This document shows, one piece after another, positions 54,343-58,612 of a stretch of 58,612 nt of DNA. The notes below the pieces were generated by a model. The model did not search any database and was not told the origin of the DNA. It was given only the letters and a program-made list of their open reading frames with translations. The stretch's first letter is position 1. Each line of letters opens with the position of its first letter. Source of the DNA: Candidatus Woesearchaeota archaeon (GTDB lineage Archaea; Nanobdellota; Nanobdellia; Pacearchaeales; GW2011-AR1); NCBI GenBank assembly GCA_964530945.1, contig CAZHCJ010000003.1, positions 1 through 58,612 of the forward strand, in the 5' to 3' direction. The position numbers were made by a program, and so were the translations under genes.

Positions 54343-55017
54343 ATGGATTTGAAAAACAAAAAAGTCTTGATTACTGGCGCGAGCAAAGGTATTGGTCAGG
54401 CGACAGCAGTAGAATTTGCCAAGCACAATGTTGAACTTATTTTAACCTATAGGGGTGATAAAAAAGGCGCGCAGAAAACTGTAGAAGCATGCAAAAAGTT
54501 GGATAAAGAAATTAGTATTAAAACATTTAAGCTTGATGTTTCTAAAGAAAGTTTGAGAAAAAGTTTGAGAAAAAAAGTGAAGAATATTAATGTGCTTGTT
54601 AACAACGCAGGCGTTATTGCTTGGAAAGAATTTGATAAACACAAAAAATCTGAAATCGACAGCCAGATAGATGTCAATTTAAAAGGGTTGATTAAAATGA
54701 CTCATGAATTCCAAGACGACATTGAAAAAAACAAAGGTATGATTATCAATGTTTCAAGCGGAGCAGGGAAAAATGCTTATCGTGAGTTGAGTGTTTATTG
54801 TGCAACAAAGTACGGCGTTCGTGGTTTTACACAAGCTTTGGATAAAGAGCTTTCTCGTGGCCAAGCAGTTAGTGTGAATCCTGCAACAACAAAAACTCAA
54901 ATGACCAACTTCAAAGGAATGCCGCCGGAAAGAGTTGCTGAAGTGATTGTTAAAACTGCACTGGGAAAAATCAAACCCGATTCAAAAAGAGATGTGGATG
55001 TTTGGAAATTTGTTTGA
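54343..55017 (+). CDS. Short-chain dehydrogenase/reductase (SDR)
   Basis: TGASKGIGQA cofactor motif, NNAG, catalytic YCATKYG. Confidence 0.85.
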   Translation: MDLKNKKVLITGASKGIGQATAVEFAKHNVELILTYRGDKKGAQKTVEACKKLDKEISIKTFKLDVSKESLRKSLRKKVKNINVLVNNAGVIAWKEFDKHKKSEIDSQIDVNLKGLIKMTHEFQDDIEKNKGMIINVSSGAGKNAYRELSVYCATKYGVRGFTQALDKELSRGQAVSVNPATTKTQMTNFKGMPPERVAEVIVKTALGKIKPDSKRDVDVWKFV

Positions 55018-55089
55018 ATTTTAATTTTAAAATAGTAACAATTAGTGAGCTGTAAAGTAAGCGTCACCTAAAAAGGTTAAAAAAATAAA

Positions 55090-55278
55090 TTATCTTCTTG
55101 CTTTCCAATATTTTCCTTTTTTAGATAACCAACCCCTATTATACATTCTAACAAGATAATTATAAGCAGTATTCCAACTCATTTTTCCTCTTGTTGCTAT
55201 TTGAGTTGTATTAAGCCAACCCCTATTTCTTAATAATATACTTAAAATTGTTCTTTCGTATGAAGAAATATTAACCAT
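55090..55278 (-). CDS. Small winged-helix DNA-binding protein
   Basis: ERTILSILLRNRGWLNTTQIA...YNYLVRMYNRGWL looks like a wHTH. 62 aa. Confidence 0.5.
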   Translation of the reverse strand: MVNISSYERTILSILLRNRGWLNTTQIATRGKMSWNTAYNYLVRMYNRGWLSKKGKYWKARR

Positions 55279-55279
55279 T

Positions 55280-55501
55280 CTAAATTTTATATTTTAACTC
55301 CTTTTTTTTACTATCATAATTTAATTTTAATTTCTGCCCTTTCTTAAATTCTAAATCATTAACATTCATTAATTTTTTAGGAATTGGTAATTTTACTTGA
55401 TGACTTTCAACAATTGCTGTAACTTCAAATTCCTCTTTATTATTTTTATCGTCGTTAATATCTAATTCTTTTATTACTTCTTTGGGGATTTTAGATTCCA
55501 T
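55280..55501 (-). CDS. Hypothetical small protein (first gene of a two-gene cassette with the wHTH protein)
   Basis: 73-aa ORF. Its stop lies 1 nt before the wHTH ATG. Confidence 0.45.
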   Translation of the reverse strand: MESKIPKEVIKELDINDDKNNKEEFEVTAIVESHQVKLPIPKKLMNVNDLEFKKGQKLKLNYDSKKKELKYKI

Positions 55502-55505
55502 ATTA

Positions 55506-55605
55506 TTAGACTATTTATTAACTATATAAATCTTTCTTAGTCTATATATTTTAGACTAAAAACCATAAAGTTTATAAAGGTTAAATAACTATGAATATTA
55601 GACTA
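55506..55605. promoter_or_regulatory. Four copies of TTAG(A/T)CTA in a divergent promoter region, two forming an inverted repeat around a TATATAT core
   Basis: Copies at 55506..55513, 55537..55544 (TTAGTCTA), 55551..55558 and 55598..55605. TAGTCTA-N7-TAGACTA is palindromic. Confidence 0.5.
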
Positions 55606-55671
55606 AATAACATAGTCAAGAATTAAAGCTCACGGCAGGAGAGCCGTCTTCAAACAATCTCTCCCACCAAA

Positions 55672-56598
55672 ATGAAAAATAGAAACAAAAATAAAAACCT
55701 ATCGGAATGGACAGATAAAGATAAACACCTTAAATATAAATGTGTATTTTGTAAATCCACAAACTTCGTTAAAAAAGGATTTAGAAAAACAGAAAACAGA
55801 GGGAAAATTCAAAAGTATTTTTGTAAAGATTGTCAAAGGTTTTTCACGAACGACGAGGGTTTTTATAGAATGCGTTATTCTGATACTACAATTACCCTTT
55901 CAATAGATATGTATTTATCTAATCTTTCTTCAAGAAAAATGAGAAATCAATTAAAGAGGCACTTTAATACAAAAGTTTCTCATATAACTATTTTAGACTG
56001 GGTTAGAAAATATTCTCTTAAAGTTCATAACTTTGTAGAAAAGTTAGGTTATAATTTAGGAAAGTCTTTTTATGCAGATGAAACTATGATTAATAGAGAA
56101 GGACATAAAGATAGGTTTTGGGCTTGTGTAGATTATGAAACGAGATTTATTACAGGGGTTCATTATTCAATAGAGGGAAATATAGAAGAAGCAAAACAAT
56201 TTATTTCTAAATCTGTAAAGAAAGGAAAACCTAAATTTATACAGACAGATTCAGCACAATTCTACCCAAAGGCATTTAAGAAATTATTTTATACAAATAA
56301 GATTTATCGTGGTGGTTTAGTTGTAGAACATAAAGTTCAGAATGTTAGAAGAACACATATCCATAACTACAAGATAGAAACAGTATTTATGAAGATTAAA
56401 GATAGAGTAGATGATTTTAGGGGGCTTAAAGCGTTGTGGTCTGCTCCAATTATTATGGTTGGTTTAACTATCCAACATAATTTTATAGAAGAACATACAA
56501 CACTAAAAAACTCCCCTTGCTGTCTTGCAGGACAAGATTTAGATTTAGGAGATAATCGTTGGTTAGGATTAATTAAATTAGCAAGTCAAACTTTATAA
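55672..56598 (+). CDS. IS6-family-like DDE transposase with an N-terminal zinc ribbon
   Basis: CVFC...CKDC ribbon and an HTH-like region. DDE candidates in FYADETM, FIQTDSA and NYKIETVFMKIKDR, colinear with IS26-type Tnp by recall. Confidence 0.75.
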   Translation: MKNRNKNKNLSEWTDKDKHLKYKCVFCKSTNFVKKGFRKTENRGKIQKYFCKDCQRFFTNDEGFYRMRYSDTTITLSIDMYLSNLSSRKMRNQLKRHFNTKVSHITILDWVRKYSLKVHNFVEKLGYNLGKSFYADETMINREGHKDRFWACVDYETRFITGVHYSIEGNIEEAKQFISKSVKKGKPKFIQTDSAQFYPKAFKKLFYTNKIYRGGLVVEHKVQNVRRTHIHNYKIETVFMKIKDRVDDFRGLKALWSAPIIMVGLTIQHNFIEEHTTLKNSPCCLAGQDLDLGDNRWLGLIKLASQTL

Positions 56599-56599
56599 G

Positions 56600-58498
56600 A
56601 TGGTTAAACATATTAAAATTAGGAGAAAAAAGAGAATGAAAGCTAAACAAATATTTTCTTTATTAGAAAAATATGATATTGATACTTTAGAAAATTCAAT
56701 CATTTATTTATTTATAGAGAAAATAAGAAAGAATGGAATAAAAAATAGAAAGATTAAAGAAAGATTAAAGAGCATTAACCCGAAAACAACCGAATTTATC
56801 TCAAACTTTTTATTAAATAATAATATAGAATTAACTCTAAAGAACATAGAGAAAATATTTGAATTATTAATAAATTCTGAAGATAGAAAATTAAATGGGG
56901 CATTTTATACTCCTGATTTTATAGTGGGATATATCAATAATCAAGTTATTAAAAAAAATCCTGAATTTAAGGTATGTGATTGCTCTTGCGGTAGTGGTGC
57001 TTTTTTGTTAAAGGCAACAGAAAAAATATCAAAAGAGAACAATAAAAGCATAATTGATACTATTGAAAATAATATTTATGGAGTAGATATTATGAAAAGA
57101 AGTATAGAAAGAACAAAACTTCTTTTATCATTATTAGCTTTTCAAAATGGAGAAGATAAAGAAGAAATAAAATTTAATATAAAACAAGGAGATAGTTTAA
57201 ACAATTTAAATTTTAATTGGAAAAAAGAATTTCCAGAAGTTTTTGAAAAAGGAGGGTTTAATGGGGTTATAGGGAACCCCCCCTATGTAAGAATACAAGA
57301 CTTTAATGATAATATTAAAAAGTTTTTAATGAAGCAATATAAAACAACAGGCAAGGGAAATTTTAATCTTTATTTTGCTTTTTTTGAAATAGGGCTACAT
57401 ATCTTAAATAAAAACGGAATTCTTGGATATATCACTCCCAATAATTATTTTACTTCTTTAGCAGGAAAAGATTTAAGACAATTTCTTCAAGAAAAAAAAT
57501 GGATAAAGAGAATCATTGATTTTAATCATTTAAGGGTTTTTGAAGATGCAACTACTTACACTTGCATAACTTTTTTAGATAAAATTGAAAAAGAAAATTT
57601 TGAATTTTCAAGAGTTGAAGATATTAATTTATTCTCAAAGTTAGATAATTTAAGCTATTCAAAGATAAATTTTTCTGAATTAAACTCTAAAAAATGGAGA
57701 TTAATGAATGAAACTGATTTTTATAATATAAAACAAATAGAAAAAATTGGAACACCTCTTGGAAAATTTGCAGACATAAAAGTAGGAATTGCTACATTAA
57801 AAGATAATTTATATTTTATTGATGGAAATAAAGAAAGAGGAAATTATTATATTAAAGAATATGAAGGAGAAGAATATCTTATTGAAAAAGAATTAACCAG
57901 AAAGGTAATTAAGATAGCTTCTGTTAATTCGGATGGAGAAGTGAATAAAGATAAGAGAAGGATAATTTTTCCGTATTATAAAGAAGGCGAAGAACATCAT
58001 ATTATTAAAGAAGATAACTTAAAAAAAGATTACCCAAAAGCGTATTCTTATTTCTTAAAAATTAAAGAAGAATTATCTAAACGAGATAAAGGAAAAACAA
58101 AAATATCTATATGGTATGCTTATGGGAGAGGTCAAGGATTAAATCTCTATGGGAAAAAGTTATTAACAAAAACTTTCAGCAATAAACCCAATTTTATGAT
58201 AGACGAAGACGAATATTCTTTATTTTGTAATGGTTATGCAGTATTCCCAGATAATGAAGAAGATTTAATTATTCTAAAGAAAATACTCAATTCTGATTTA
58301 ATGAATTATTATGCTCGTAAAACAAGTGTAGGGATAGAAGGAGATTATCAATGTTATCAAAAAAACTTTATTGAAAGTTTTTCAATACCAAAATTTACAA
58401 AAGAGGAAAAAGAATTTTTAATTAAAGAAGAAAATAAGGATAAAATAAAAGAGTTTCTAATAAATATATACAAGTTAAAATCAACTAAAGGATTATGA
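56600..58498 (+). CDS. N6-adenine DNA methyltransferase (TaqI/Eco57I-like gamma class) with a C-terminal target-recognition domain
   Basis: GAFYTPDFIV, motif I DCSCGSGAFLL, motif IV GNPPYV, TRD-like KVGIATLKDNLYF. The ATG lies 1 nt after the transposase stop. Confidence 0.85.
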   Translation: MVKHIKIRRKKRMKAKQIFSLLEKYDIDTLENSIIYLFIEKIRKNGIKNRKIKERLKSINPKTTEFISNFLLNNNIELTLKNIEKIFELLINSEDRKLNGAFYTPDFIVGYINNQVIKKNPEFKVCDCSCGSGAFLLKATEKISKENNKSIIDTIENNIYGVDIMKRSIERTKLLLSLLAFQNGEDKEEIKFNIKQGDSLNNLNFNWKKEFPEVFEKGGFNGVIGNPPYVRIQDFNDNIKKFLMKQYKTTGKGNFNLYFAFFEIGLHILNKNGILGYITPNNYFTSLAGKDLRQFLQEKKWIKRIIDFNHLRVFEDATTYTCITFLDKIEKENFEFSRVEDINLFSKLDNLSYSKINFSELNSKKWRLMNETDFYNIKQIEKIGTPLGKFADIKVGIATLKDNLYFIDGNKERGNYYIKEYEGEEYLIEKELTRKVIKIASVNSDGEVNKDKRRIIFPYYKEGEEHHIIKEDNLKKDYPKAYSYFLKIKEELSKRDKGKTKISIWYAYGRGQGLNLYGKKLLTKTFSNKPNFMIDEDEYSLFCNGYAVFPDNEEDLIILKKILNSDLMNYYARKTSVGIEGDYQCYQKNFIESFSIPKFTKEEKEFLIKEENKDKIKEFLINIYKLKSTKGL

Positions 58499-58612
58499 AT
58501 TTAAGGGTTTTATGCTCCCGTGTCTTTCTTCATAACTATTTAGCAAATCCTTAACAAAATCTTTAATACCTAATCCCTTTAATGAAAATTTATCAATATC
58601 TTCTTTTTTTAT
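58493..58612 (-). CDS. 3' end of an unidentified convergent gene (partial, runs off the window)
   Basis: Open minus-strand frame from the window edge: IKKEDIDKFSLKGLGIKDFVKDLLNSYEERHGSIKPLNS*. Overlaps the methyltransferase stop by 6 nt. Confidence 0.4.
   Translation of the reverse strand: MKKEDIDKFSLKGLGIKDFVKDLLNSYEERHGSIKPLNS

Noticed and set aside
55506-56640. A complete IS element with terminal inverted repeats around the transposase.
   Set aside because: I could not identify convincing inverted repeats by eye. The right end would have to lie within about 37 nt overlapping the methyltransferase start. Only the transposase gene is reported.
1-58612. CRISPR arrays, tRNA genes, rRNA genes and other structured RNAs.
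   Set aside because: No regularly spaced short repeats were found. No GC-rich islands of tRNA/rRNA type occur in any intergenic region; all are AT-rich and shorter than 330 nt. A proper tRNAscan/Infernal run is still advisable.

Overview
AT-rich, gene-dense archaeal window. No rRNA, tRNA or CRISPR array was seen. Core genes present: proteasome alpha and beta; the exosome superoperon (Pop5, PsmA, SBDS, Rrp4, Rrp41, Rrp42, Rpo6); enolase and uS2; aCPSF1; RNase J; RtcB plus archease; a class I CCA-adding enzyme; Mre11-Rad50; a presenilin homologue; TrmB. Short proteins, tight stop-N-ATG gene junctions, TTTATAAA boxes 20-40 nt before start codons and giant Cys-rich surface proteins suggest a reduced-genome DPANN-type archaeon (inference only). 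Accessory modules sit between the core genes: (1) a type IV pilus-like locus whose FlaI-like ATPase carries an intein; (2) a ~6 kb island between archease and rtcB with two aminoacyl-tRNA-synthetase-like paralogues, a methyltransferase, a GT2 and a convergent MccF/LdcA-like peptidase, next to an 89-bp-repeat-flanked patchwork of gene fragments; (3) decayed ATP-grasp and radical-SAM/SPASM genes; (4) an ~8 kb surface-protein island; (5) two VapBC pairs and an MNT-HepT-LigD-phosphoesterase operon; (6) a transposase translationally coupled to an N6-adenine DNA methyltransferase. The strongest signal is a diversity-generating-retroelement (DGR) style template/variable repeat pair. The variable copy (33438..33518) lies at the 3' end of a Ser/Thr-kinase fusion gene and the template copy (33117..33197) lies downstream. 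Ten of the 11 mismatches fall on template adenines, and a GC-rich hairpin sits just 3' of the variable copy. No reverse transcriptase is visible in the window.
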